From an uncultured Candidatus Saccharibacteria bacterium (GTDB taxonomy: Bacteria; Patescibacteriota; Minisyncoccia; Phycocordibacterales; WO2-35-19), in assembly GCA_964601125.1 (NCBI GenBank), contig CAZRKB010000001.1:6371-49671 (forward strand): a stretch of DNA of 43,301 nucleotides, in the 5' to 3' direction. The notes beneath the pieces are model-generated. The model had not been told where the DNA came from, searched no databases, and worked only from the letters and a program-made list of their open reading frames with translations. Each line of letters starts with the position of its first letter. Position 1 is the stretch's first letter. Of this stretch, positions 8,434-16,784 are shown one piece after another. The position numbers were made by a program, and so were the translations under genes.

Positions 8434-8458
8434 TTTTAAATTATATCAAAACAATATT

Positions 8459-8929
8459 TCATTGAATTTCATCTTTGGGGAGCGGAGGTAGTTTGCTCAC
8501 ATCGATGCTTTTTGGTTCTTTTTCTTTTCTCGCCTTATCATTTTTGATTTTTTCCAATTCTTCTAGCAGATCGTCTATTTGTTTTTCGATTGTCTTATCT
8601 ACATCCCCGTTCTCTTCAGCCAGCTTCAAATCTTCCGGCGTAGGTTTAGGACGATAAAATCTGTCCGACTCATCCACGCTCATATTCAATAGTTCATTGC
8701 CCTTATCAACAAGCAAACTCAAGCGATTGGATATGTCAGTAAAATTTACTTTTTCTGTCTTCTTATTTTTTATATCTTCGATAATATCTTCCTGTAGCTT
8801 TGATGGTAATTTAGAAAACCCCATTAAAGAATTTTGCATAGCTTCTATTAGCATATTTTCCTCAATGTCTCTTTCCGGGGTTTGACCTAAAATTTGATCC
8901 TCTCCTAAATTTTTATCAATATTTTCCAT
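8459..8929 (-). CDS. hypothetical acidic protein
   Basis: 156 aa, rich in E/D/K, no TM helix or known motif; same strand as its neighbours. Confidence 0.45.
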   Translation of the reverse strand: MENIDKNLGEDQILGQTPERDIEENMLIEAMQNSLMGFSKLPSKLQEDIIEDIKNKKTEKVNFTDISNRLSLLVDKGNELLNMSVDESDRFYRPKPTPEDLKLAEENGDVDKTIEKQIDDLLEELEKIKNDKARKEKEPKSIDVSKLPPLPKDEIQ

Positions 8930-8962
8930 ATTTTAAATTATTTTGATAATTCTACTCTAATC

Positions 8963-10642
8963 TTACATCTTTTCTGGTACTTTGATACCCAAAAGATGGA
9001 GACCATTTTTGAGAATGTGATAGACCGACTCAGTGAGTGCCACCTTGTAAGAAGAAGTTGGGTCTTCTTCACTTATTATTTTGTTATTGCCATAAAAACT
9101 ATTGAAAGCTGAGGCGAGTTCGGTGAGATAGGTGACCAAATGATGAGGTGCGTACTCCCGCCCCGCTCGCTCGACAATTTCCGGAAAACGATAGAGCATT
9201 CTTTCGATTTCTGTTGTTCCCCAATTTTCCAAGGTTAGTCCTTGGAAGTTTTTTGTGTTATTAATTATCGCTTTTGAAAGCACCGATTTGGCTCGGACTG
9301 CTGTGTATTGTAAGTATGGCCCAGAGTCGCCTTCAAAAGAAATTGATTGGTCAAAATCAAAAATAATGTCCCCTCCGATCGCCTGCCTGAGTACCGAATA
9401 CTTTATCGCCCCTATAGCTACCGCTTCAGCTATTTTTAATTTTTCTTCTTCGTTATAATCCCGGTCCTTCAATTTTTCTGAAACTAGAGTTTGCACATCA
9501 TCAATCAATTGTTCCCCGGTTATAACATTGCCTTTACGCGAAGACATTTTGCCGGAAGGAAGTTTCAACATCCCATGAGAAAGGTGCTCGGTATTTTCTG
9601 CTACTTCCGGATTTATTTGTCCCAATGCTTTTAGCACAACTCTAAAATACCCATCCTGCTCGTTTGCAGTAATTATTATTGATTTGTCAGACTTATATTT
9701 ATCAAACTTGCGCAAAGCGTGAGCGATATCTTTAGCTTCATACAAAGGTAAGCCTTCATTATTCAAAAAAACTCTTGTGTGTAGTTTTTGGTCATACTTT
9801 TCTCCCCTGAAAATAACTGCGCCGTCGCTTTCTTCAAAAACCCCTTTTTGTAAAAATTCTTTTACTATTTTTTGAGCATCATCCGAAACTTCGCTTTCAA
9901 AAAAGTAAAAATCAAATTTGGTATTAAGTTTTTTATACAGCTCTTCAAAATGCGCGAGCGACACCTCTCTGCCCCATTCATAAATTTTCAAAAGTTCCTG
10001 ATCGCTCTTTTCATAAATTTTTTTGTTTATTTCCTTTATTTCTTCTTGGGCTGCTGGATCGTCCTCATACGCATTTGAGCCACTCGCATACGCCTTACCT
10101 ATATACTCAACCTTTTCTGCCAAATTTCCTTCCATTATTCCTCCCTCCTTTTTTATACCCCAAACAGCTTTGGCAATATGAAGTCCAACATCTCCTTGGT
10201 AAGTATTCCTTTTAACTTCTGCGCCACTCCATTCAAAAATGTTTGAGATCGATTGACCGATCACATTGCCCATCAAGTGCCCGATGTGAAGCGGTTTCAA
10301 TACATTTGTGTTTGTGTATTCTATTATTATCTTCTTGTTATCAAGCAAATCTGTTTTCCCAAAATTTTCTTTTTTCTTATTTATTTCGATAATCGAATCA
10401 GCGAAAAAATGTTTCGAGAGGAAAATATTTATGAATCTCTCATTCGCCAATTCTATCTTTTCGATTTCAGGCAATTTATTTTTCTCTAATTTTTCTATCA
10501 CCCCCTCTCCCCCTCTTATGCTAAGCGGGGGTAAAATCAAAGCAAAATCTCCCTTTTCAATTTCTTTTGGATGCACCAAAACCACACTCTCCATCTCAAG
10601 TGTCTCCTTTACCCACTGTTCAATTTTTTCTTTTATTGGCAT
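8963..10642 (-). CDS. argS: arginine--tRNA ligase
   Basis: 559 aa; class I HIGH motif PLHIGHLMGNVIG; C-terminal anticodon-binding region; contains family 1 repeat copy J in frame. Confidence 0.93.
   Translation of the reverse strand: MPIKEKIEQWVKETLEMESVVLVHPKEIEKGDFALILPPLSIRGGEGVIEKLEKNKLPEIEKIELANERFINIFLSKHFFADSIIEINKKKENFGKTDLLDNKKIIIEYTNTNVLKPLHIGHLMGNVIGQSISNIFEWSGAEVKRNTYQGDVGLHIAKAVWGIKKEGGIMEGNLAEKVEYIGKAYASGSNAYEDDPAAQEEIKEINKKIYEKSDQELLKIYEWGREVSLAHFEELYKKLNTKFDFYFFESEVSDDAQKIVKEFLQKGVFEESDGAVIFRGEKYDQKLHTRVFLNNEGLPLYEAKDIAHALRKFDKYKSDKSIIITANEQDGYFRVVLKALGQINPEVAENTEHLSHGMLKLPSGKMSSRKGNVITGEQLIDDVQTLVSEKLKDRDYNEEEKLKIAEAVAIGAIKYSVLRQAIGGDIIFDFDQSISFEGDSGPYLQYTAVRAKSVLSKAIINNTKNFQGLTLENWGTTEIERMLYRFPEIVERAGREYAPHHLVTYLTELASAFNSFYGNNKIISEEDPTSSYKVALTESVYHILKNGLHLLGIKVPEKM
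10498..10531 (-). repeat. family 1 element (hairpin + G-rich tail), copy J, inside argS
   Basis: Minus strand CCCCCGCTTAGCATAAGAGGGGG (9 bp plus 1 mismatch) followed by AGAGGGGGTGA; encodes PPLSIRGGEGV. Confidence 0.7.
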
Positions 10643-11164
10643 AGCTTTTTAAATAGCTTATACCCAGTCATCGCTCCGTTCAAGGCGTTGTGTGGTTCGG
10701 GCTCCGGCTCGATACCAAAAAGGTTGCAGGCTGATTTCAAACTCCAACTTTTTTCTTTTTTCAAACCCTTCTCCCAAGCAATTGAAAGTAGGTCGAGTCG
10801 ATCATGGTTTTCTTTGGTGCTCATTGGGTTATCGATCTCTGCTTTAAAAAACGCTTCATTTATAAAACCCCAATCAAAGCTTACATTGTAAGCGCAAAAA
10901 ACGTTTTCTCCTGCTCTATCTTTGTATTCCTTCATCGCTTACTGCATCTGCCCAATCTTTTTCGCTGTAACCGTTGTAATCAAGAGCTGCTTGCACCGCA
11001 TTTTCTATCCTTTCTGGTTTTACTTTTCTATTATAACTATCAATGATTTCAAAAGTTTGTGGATCAAAAAGCACCAAACCAATCTCAAGTATTTCATGCA
11101 CTCCAGGCACATCCCCACTTGTCTCCAAATCCGTCATAGCAATTTTTTTCTTGCTTTTGTCCAT
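10633..11164 (-). pseudogene. DEDDh (DnaQ-like) 3'-5' exonuclease split by a frameshift
   Basis: ORF 10916..11164 carries Exo I (MTDLETSG); ORF 10633..10935 carries Exo II (AYNVSFDWGF) and Exo III-like HNALNGA; they overlap by 20 nt in different frames. Confidence 0.7.
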
Positions 11165-11165
11165 T

Positions 11166-11756
11166 TTATTTAGCCCCCTTTTTGCTATTTATCCATTTGC
11201 CCGTAAGTAGCCGATGCCAATCATTTGGATCTCTCTTTTGTATTTCATCCCACATTTTCTTTGCGGTTTTTGTATAAAGTTTCTTAGATCTAACCACCGG
11301 TCTATGATCCTTTTGCATACTGATAGCTGCAGAGTCACCAATCTTGGCCAGCTCTTTTAGTTCTAAATCAACATCCAAATTGTCAGCGTCTTTAACAATT
11401 TTTGCCTCAAGAGATTCGCGTTTATTGTATTCTTCAAGCAATATTTTTGCCTCTTTTTCTAAAACAGTATTTTCAAAAATATGTTTTTCAGCCAATTCTT
11501 CATGTCTTGTCACATAATCTCTGTGCATAAAAGCAATATCCCCCGTTCTAGCTTCAGCTACATCATGCAACAAACACATTTTAATAACCTTAGAGACATC
11601 CGCTTTTTCGGCAATTGCAATAACCCAAGCAACCATAGTCATTCGAAAAATATGTTCAGAAATATTTGCCGCTTTACCCGTGAGTAGCTGCTGCCACGCT
11701 CTATCAACCTTTCGTAGACTACCAACCTCATACAAAAAATCTATGTCTCTTTTCAT
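11166..11756 (-). CDS. HD-domain phosphohydrolase (YfbR-like 5'-deoxynucleotidase)
   Basis: 196 aa; HD motif LLHDVAEARTGDI; 4-nt overlap with the glyA stop. Confidence 0.75.
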   Translation of the reverse strand: MKRDIDFLYEVGSLRKVDRAWQQLLTGKAANISEHIFRMTMVAWVIAIAEKADVSKVIKMCLLHDVAEARTGDIAFMHRDYVTRHEELAEKHIFENTVLEKEAKILLEEYNKRESLEAKIVKDADNLDVDLELKELAKIGDSAAISMQKDHRPVVRSKKLYTKTAKKMWDEIQKRDPNDWHRLLTGKWINSKKGAK

Positions 11757-12973
11757 TTTCGTAAAATTTTATCAATTTTTCTAGCAATGTTTACAAAATC
11801 TTTTTCTTTTTTGCCCCGAGTGGTTTCTGCTGCGCTCCCGAGCCTTATGCCAGAAGGATCCATCGGACTCCTGGTTTCGTTTGGAATTGTGTTTTTGTTT
11901 ACGATGATTCCATTTTTCTCTAATCTATCACTCGCGTCCTTACCCGAAATTCCTTTTCCTTCCATCCAAGTATCAACTAAAATTAAGTGGCTGTCTGTCC
12001 CACCAGAAACTACGCGCCAACCAAGTTTTTTTAACTCATCCGACAGAGCCTTGGCGTTCTTTATAACCTGCTTCGCATATTTTTGGAATGCAGGAGTTTT
12101 AGCTTCTTTGAGAGCCACTGCCACAGCGGCTATCTGGTTTAAGTGTGGCCCACCCTGTAACCCCGGGAAAACAGCTTTGTCTATAAGTTCTGAAATACTT
12201 TTATCTTCCCCTTTTGCATTTTTAATAGTTACATCATTACGTGAAAATATAATGGCGGAGCGAGGACCGCGAAGAGTTTTATGCACTGTAGTAGTTACCA
12301 CATGAGCACAAGGAAAAGGAGATGGATAAGCCTTGCCCGCAACAAGCCCCGCAAAATGAGACATGTCTACCATGAGTATCGCCCCGCAACTGTCGGCTAT
12401 CTCTCTAAATTTTTTGAAATCAACAATACGAGGGTAGGCAGTGAATCCGGCCACGATTATGTTTGGCTTTTCCCTTAAAGCGATTTCCTTTATTTTCTCA
12501 TAATCAATCTGTTCTGTATCTTTGTTCACCCCATAAGGCACCTGCTGCCAAAATTTACCGGTAGCTGAAACTTTGTGCCCATGAGTGAGGTGCCCACCAT
12601 GGTCAAGAGACATGCCCATAATCTTGCCTTGTCCTGAGCTTGTCGAAGGGCCACCCTTTGGTACAAGGCCCAGATAAACAGCCAAGTTGGCAGGACTACC
12701 TGAGAGAGGTTGTACATTAACACTCCACTTTGAAGTGAGGTTGAAAAGTTTAATAGCTCTTTCTTTACAAAGATTTTCAATTTTGTCTACAAAGGTTTGC
12801 CCTCCATAATATCTTTTGCCAGGATACCCTTCAGCATATTTATTTGTAAGTTCGCTCCCAAGCGCCTCGAGCACATCTTTAGAAACATAGTTTTCAGAAG
12901 CAATCAGGTTTATAACGCTTTTCTGTCTCTTCTTCTCTGCATCTATTAGCTTTTTTATTTGTTGGTCTTTCAT
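11753..12973 (-). CDS. glyA: serine hydroxymethyltransferase
   Basis: 406 aa; SLDHGGHLTHG and PLP-lysine region TTTVHKTLRGPR. Confidence 0.95.
   Translation of the reverse strand: MKDQQIKKLIDAEKKRQKSVINLIASENYVSKDVLEALGSELTNKYAEGYPGKRYYGGQTFVDKIENLCKERAIKLFNLTSKWSVNVQPLSGSPANLAVYLGLVPKGGPSTSSGQGKIMGMSLDHGGHLTHGHKVSATGKFWQQVPYGVNKDTEQIDYEKIKEIALREKPNIIVAGFTAYPRIVDFKKFREIADSCGAILMVDMSHFAGLVAGKAYPSPFPCAHVVTTTVHKTLRGPRSAIIFSRNDVTIKNAKGEDKSISELIDKAVFPGLQGGPHLNQIAAVAVALKEAKTPAFQKYAKQVIKNAKALSDELKKLGWRVVSGGTDSHLILVDTWMEGKGISGKDASDRLEKNGIIVNKNTIPNETRSPMDPSGIRLGSAAETTRGKKEKDFVNIARKIDKILRK
12626..12652 (-). repeat. 27-nt G+C-rich in-frame segment in glyA (family 4 candidate)
   Basis: Minus strand GGCCCTTCGACAAGCTCAGGACAAGGC encodes GPSTSSGQG within the otherwise conserved L-x-P-G-D-x-(I/V)-(M/L)-G-M region; resembles the nested segment of copy H. 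Confidence 0.45.
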
Positions 12974-13038
12974 GGGAAATACAAAATTTGATTTATTTAA
13001 TAAAAGTATTCTTCTGTCAATTACCTTAGACCATAGTG

Positions 13039-13067
13039 TTGAAAATGGTTGGTTACTCAGATATCAT
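13039..13067 (+). promoter_or_regulatory. thyA promoter TTGAAA-17-TATCAT, 6 nt from the ATG (leaderless design)
   Basis: Read directly; the ATG at 13074 follows the -10 by ACACTC. Confidence 0.6.
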
Positions 13068-13073
13068 ACACTC

Positions 13074-13985
13074 ATGAATAAATTCGACAAGCGTACTCCA
13101 GACAACCAATATCAAACCCTATTGCGCAACATACTAGAAAATGGAATACGCACACCCAGTCAACAAGGAGTGGACGCTTTGACTCTGATCGCTCCTCAGC
13201 CAATGAGATTCAAGATTGAAAACGGTTTTCCAATGATTACAGAGCGTAACATGAATCCAAAAATATCTGATCACTTGCCGGTTACAGTTTGGCAACAGGC
13301 CATAGGAGAAATATGTGCGTTTATAAACGGTGCACGTACAGTAGAAAAGTTAGAAGAGTTTGGATGTTTTTGGTGGAAGTCTTGGGCAACACCAGAAAAA
13401 TGCGCCAAACGTGGGCTTGAAACTGGAGACTTGGGGCCAGGTTCTTATGGAGCTGCTTTTCATGACTTCCCCACATCAGAAGGAAAACCTTTCAATCAAT
13501 TTAAACATATAGTTGAGCAGATAATCGAAGAGCCTCAACTCCGTACACACTTTGTAAGCCCTTGGGTACCTCAATACATAGGCAGAGGTAAAGGAAAACA
13601 ACAAAAAGTAGTAGTTGCACCCTGTCATGGATGGTTAAATATAAGAATTATAGAAGGAAAGATGACTTTACATATGATGCAAAGATCAGGAGATGTACCC
13701 GTAGGAGTACCTTCAAACATGGTTCAGTATGCCGCTTTGGGCATGATGCTTGCCCATGTCACAAACACTGTTTTTGACGAATTTGTTCATACAATATCAG
13801 ACGCGCATATTTACGTAGACCAAATACCAGCAGTAGAAACTATGCTTTCTCGGGAACCTCGACGCTTCCCTACTATAACAATAAATAAAAATAAAAAAGA
13901 CTTGTTTGATTTTAGAAAAGAAGATTTTGAACTTTCTGATTATGACCCACACCCAGGAATTAAAGGTATACCTGTTGCAATATAA
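13074..13985 (+). CDS. thyA: thymidylate synthase (ThyA family, divergent)
   Basis: Catalytic VVAPCHG, QRSGDVPVGVPSN and C-terminal YDPHPGIKGIPVAI; start moved to M35 because TTGAAA-17-TATCAT lies 6 nt upstream. Confidence 0.85.
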   Translation: MNKFDKRTPDNQYQTLLRNILENGIRTPSQQGVDALTLIAPQPMRFKIENGFPMITERNMNPKISDHLPVTVWQQAIGEICAFINGARTVEKLEEFGCFWWKSWATPEKCAKRGLETGDLGPGSYGAAFHDFPTSEGKPFNQFKHIVEQIIEEPQLRTHFVSPWVPQYIGRGKGKQQKVVVAPCHGWLNIRIIEGKMTLHMMQRSGDVPVGVPSNMVQYAALGMMLAHVTNTVFDEFVHTISDAHIYVDQIPAVETMLSREPRRFPTITINKNKKDLFDFRKEDFELSDYDPHPGIKGIPVAI

Positions 13986-13986
13986 A

Positions 13987-14023
13987 CCTCACCCCTAACC
14001 CCTCTCCTAGATTCAGGAGAGGG
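13987..14023 (-). repeat. family 1 element, copy A
   Basis: Minus strand CCCTCTCC-TGAATCTA-GGAGAGGG-GTTAGGGGTGAGG; begins 2 nt after the thyA stop. Confidence 0.85.
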
Positions 14024-14036
14024 AAAGAAAAAAGAC

Positions 14037-14522
14037 ATGGAAGACAAAGATAATAAATATATAAATATGCGGGCCATCCGCAGAGAAGACCAGCGCCAGG
14101 TAATGGAAGAAATAAAAAAACAAGGTCACTGCCCTTTTTGTCCTGAAAATTTAGATAAATACCATAAAAATCCAATTTTAAAAGAAGGAAAGTTTTGGAT
14201 ACTTACAGAAAACCAGTGGCCTTATGAAAAAATAAAACACCAACTTCTCGCAATATACAAAACTCACATTGAGCATATAAAAGATATTGAACCCGAAGCA
14301 GGAGAAGAACTTTTTCTAATGTTTAAAGAAGAAGCAAATAAAAGAAATATTCCCGGTGGCGGCGTGGCTATAAGATTTGGTAAAAGTGAACACGGTAATT
14401 ACGGGAGCAGTGTACTTCATATCCACGCACACCTTGTTGAGCCTGACCTAGAAAAACTCGAAGAAACAGAGGCTTGGAAATTCAAATTTGGCGAACCAAA
14501 AAATTATAAAAAGAAATCTTGA
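14037..14522 (+). CDS. HIT-family nucleotide hydrolase/transferase (CPFC + HxHxH)
   Basis: 161 aa; CPFC motif and histidine triad VLHIHAHLV. Confidence 0.75.
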   Translation: MEDKDNKYINMRAIRREDQRQVMEEIKKQGHCPFCPENLDKYHKNPILKEGKFWILTENQWPYEKIKHQLLAIYKTHIEHIKDIEPEAGEELFLMFKEEANKRNIPGGGVAIRFGKSEHGNYGSSVLHIHAHLVEPDLEKLEETEAWKFKFGEPKNYKKKS

Positions 14523-14571
14523 TTTTTTAGAATATTAGTGTTAGCGTTTGAGTCGGATCGAAAGGAGATCT

Positions 14572-15210
14572 ATGACTAACACTTTCAAGGTACTCTTAAC
14601 CGAGCACCCTTTGGTAATTCCGGGGGTTACCAGCTCAAACAAGCTCGCACGAATCTCTCGCGCTCGCACCTACAGCCAATACAAGAGGATGGTAGCGGAT
14701 GAGATCACTGGTCGTTGCCCGTTCTGCCAAATCGACAAGGAGCACAATCGAATTATTGCAGAGACCAACCATTGGTATGCATGGCCATGTAATCCACCGG
14801 AAAAGCACACTCGATTTCACTTCCTATTTGTGCCCAAAAGGCACGTAACATCAACTTGGGGTCTGTTACCAGGAGAGATTGTGGATCTCTTCGCGATCAG
14901 ATTCAGCGTGAGTACCGAATACAAGTACAAGAGTTGTGGCATGTTGGTTCGCGATGGAGACGCAACAATGTCCGCCGGCACCATTGAACATCTACATGTA
15001 CACGACATGGTCCCCGACGGCACAGGGCGCGTTGAGTCACCGTTTTACAAAGGACGAGAAGCGGAGAAGGAGGGCCTGCAACGAGCCATCCTGTTTGAAA
15101 AGTTACGAAGGTTGTCCCTCCGACTCCAGACCGACGAACTCCCTATCCTTTTGGCAAATGCCAACTTCAACAAGGAGGAGCTCATTCTATTGACAGACCG
15201 ACTCAAATAG
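14572..15210 (+). CDS. HIT-family protein, G+C-rich paralogue of the preceding gene
   Basis: GRCPFC and EHLHVHDMV motifs; ATG preceded by AAAGGAG; hand count 62 G+C in 120 nt (14581-14700) versus 19 in 60 nt of the neighbour (14161-14220). Confidence 0.7.
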   Translation: MTNTFKVLLTEHPLVIPGVTSSNKLARISRARTYSQYKRMVADEITGRCPFCQIDKEHNRIIAETNHWYAWPCNPPEKHTRFHFLFVPKRHVTSTWGLLPGEIVDLFAIRFSVSTEYKYKSCGMLVRDGDATMSAGTIEHLHVHDMVPDGTGRVESPFYKGREAEKEGLQRAILFEKLRRLSLRLQTDELPILLANANFNKEELILLTDRLK

Positions 15211-15217
15211 AACTGAT

Positions 15218-15247
15218 AACCCACCTCAAAGCAGTACGAGGTGGGTT
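15218..15247. terminator. bidirectional terminator hairpin between convergent genes
   Basis: 10-bp stem AACCCACCTC / GAGGTGGGTT with a 10-nt loop, between HIT-2 (+) and the dCMP deaminase (-). Confidence 0.7.
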
Positions 15248-15254
15248 AAACTTT

Positions 15255-16085
15255 TTAACCTTCAACATAGATTATCTCTACTCCCTTACTTCGCAAAATA
15301 GTCTCTTGATCTAGCATTTGATAACCTCCAGCATAATATATTTTTTTAATACCAGAAAAAGCGATTTGCTTTGCACAGAGTGAACAAGGAAAAATAGTCA
15401 CATACATTGATGCACCTTCAAGAGAAATGCCTTGTCGCGCCGCTTCAGCGATTAGTTTTGCCTCGGAATGTATTGCGGTTGCAATATCAGTCCCTATTCC
15501 TTTATGAAGAGTATTCCTAGGATCCCCATCAGCATAAGGTGAATGAGGCGATGGTAAATGTTCGTTGTGAGCTAAGAGTAAAATTTTATTGTCTTTTATT
15601 ACAGCAGATGCTACCCGCCTCCACCAATCACTACTTTTCTCCGCTTCTATTTGGAGTTTTTGTATAATTTCCACATCAAATTTTTCCTTAGAAATTACCT
15701 GGTCAGCTTCTACTGGCTTCTCTTCCATTGCTTTATGTTTGTCCCAACGCAAAAAAACATTATCGAAAATTACCTTTTTATTTGTAAGTTCCTCTTCTGC
15801 AAGACTTTTACAAACGTCTTCGTTTGGCATCACAATTTCTTCCGATTTCAAATTTTCTATATCCTCTTCTTCAAGAATTCTCACATTCTCAAATAAGTCC
15901 CAACTTTCTATTGATTTTTTAACAAGCTCTGGAGAAAGTTGCCTTATTTCTTTAGCTAAGTAGTCGTATTTTTTTATAAGAGTATTGCCAAATATAAAGA
16001 GGGTACCTGCATCTTTATGTTTTTCAAAAAATTTTCTGTACCCTTCGTGTAATACTGGTACGTAAGCAATAATTATTTTTTTCAT
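15255..16085 (-). CDS. dCMP deaminase with ~130-aa N-terminal domain of unknown function
   Basis: C-terminal zinc motifs HSEAKLI and PCSLCAKQI; N-terminal half not recognised. Confidence 0.8.
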   Translation of the reverse strand: MKKIIIAYVPVLHEGYRKFFEKHKDAGTLFIFGNTLIKKYDYLAKEIRQLSPELVKKSIESWDLFENVRILEEEDIENLKSEEIVMPNEDVCKSLAEEELTNKKVIFDNVFLRWDKHKAMEEKPVEADQVISKEKFDVEIIQKLQIEAEKSSDWWRRVASAVIKDNKILLLAHNEHLPSPHSPYADGDPRNTLHKGIGTDIATAIHSEAKLIAEAARQGISLEGASMYVTIFPCSLCAKQIAFSGIKKIYYAGGYQMLDQETILRSKGVEIIYVEG

Positions 16086-16129
16086 TTTTTAGCAAAATCA
16101 CTTCGGCTTAATACCCATTAGAACCTAAT

Positions 16130-16729
16130 TTAACTCTTCATTTCATCTAATACATCCTGGATGGTTTTTAAAATTTTTGGAGTTAACGCTTGTCCAAGTT
16201 TTTTAGCGGCCCCAATCTGGAGTCTTCTCAGTTTCGCGCTGGTCGAAGTGGTAGCCATCGGCTCAAGTACAACAACTTTATCGCAATACTTCTTTAATTC
16301 TTTTAATTGTTTTTTGTCGTATGTTTCTTTTGTTGCAATTAAGGTGTCTGGGCAAATAGATTTTATTAAATTCCATTTTGGATCTTTAAGTTCTTTCAGA
16401 AACACCAAATCTACATATCTAAGGTGGGTCAACATTTCAACCCTTTCGTCCTGAGGGACTACAGGACGCTCTGGCCCTTTTCTATGTTTTATTTTTTCAT
16501 CACTATCTATTCCAACAATTAAAAGATCCCCATGTTTTTTTGCCTCTCTTAAATACCTACCATGACCAACATGTATCATATCAAACGATCCCTGAGTTAG
16601 AACTATTTTCATACCCAAATACTTACAATGTTCGACAAGACTTTTTATTTTTTTGTAGTCAGTTAAAGCCTTTCCCCCAAACCCGAGGTGAGCATAAGCG
16701 CCCTTATCTACAGTAATACCGTTTTCCAT
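16130..16729 (-). CDS. cytidylyl/adenylyltransferase-family protein (TagD/RfaE-II-like)
   Basis: Nucleotidyltransferase motif GSFDMIHVGHGRYL; 199 aa. Confidence 0.7.
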   Translation of the reverse strand: MENGITVDKGAYAHLGFGGKALTDYKKIKSLVEHCKYLGMKIVLTQGSFDMIHVGHGRYLREAKKHGDLLIVGIDSDEKIKHRKGPERPVVPQDERVEMLTHLRYVDLVFLKELKDPKWNLIKSICPDTLIATKETYDKKQLKELKKYCDKVVVLEPMATTSTSAKLRRLQIGAAKKLGQALTPKILKTIQDVLDEMKS

Positions 16730-16735
16730 GTAGGT

Positions 16736-16764
16736 ATGTTATGTGTATTTTCCTTCTTTGGCAA
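16736..16764 (-). promoter_or_regulatory. promoter TTGCCA-17-TAACAT, 6 nt from the cytidylyltransferase ATG
   Basis: Read on the minus strand. Confidence 0.5.
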
Positions 16765-16784
16765 GTTTGTATAAAATGGTAATT

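Noticed and set aside
12972-13073. N-terminally extended ORF-track starts: thyA 12972, csoR 28235, rplC 33712, adenosyltransferase 30642, pilM 1840, membrane gene 28766, 8029, 39065, 39278
   Set aside because: The extensions start at TTG or GTG, or add residues with no homology. They overlap neighbouring genes, tRNA-Leu or the predicted promoters. Internal ATGs give canonical N-termini.
13960-14175. Track ORFs 13960..14175(-), 30600..30821(+) and 41714..41932(+) all contain GEGLGV(R)-type peptides
   Set aside because: The shared peptide is just the translation of family 1 repeat copies A, C and H. These ORFs overlap better-supported genes or tRNA-Leu and have no other coding signal.
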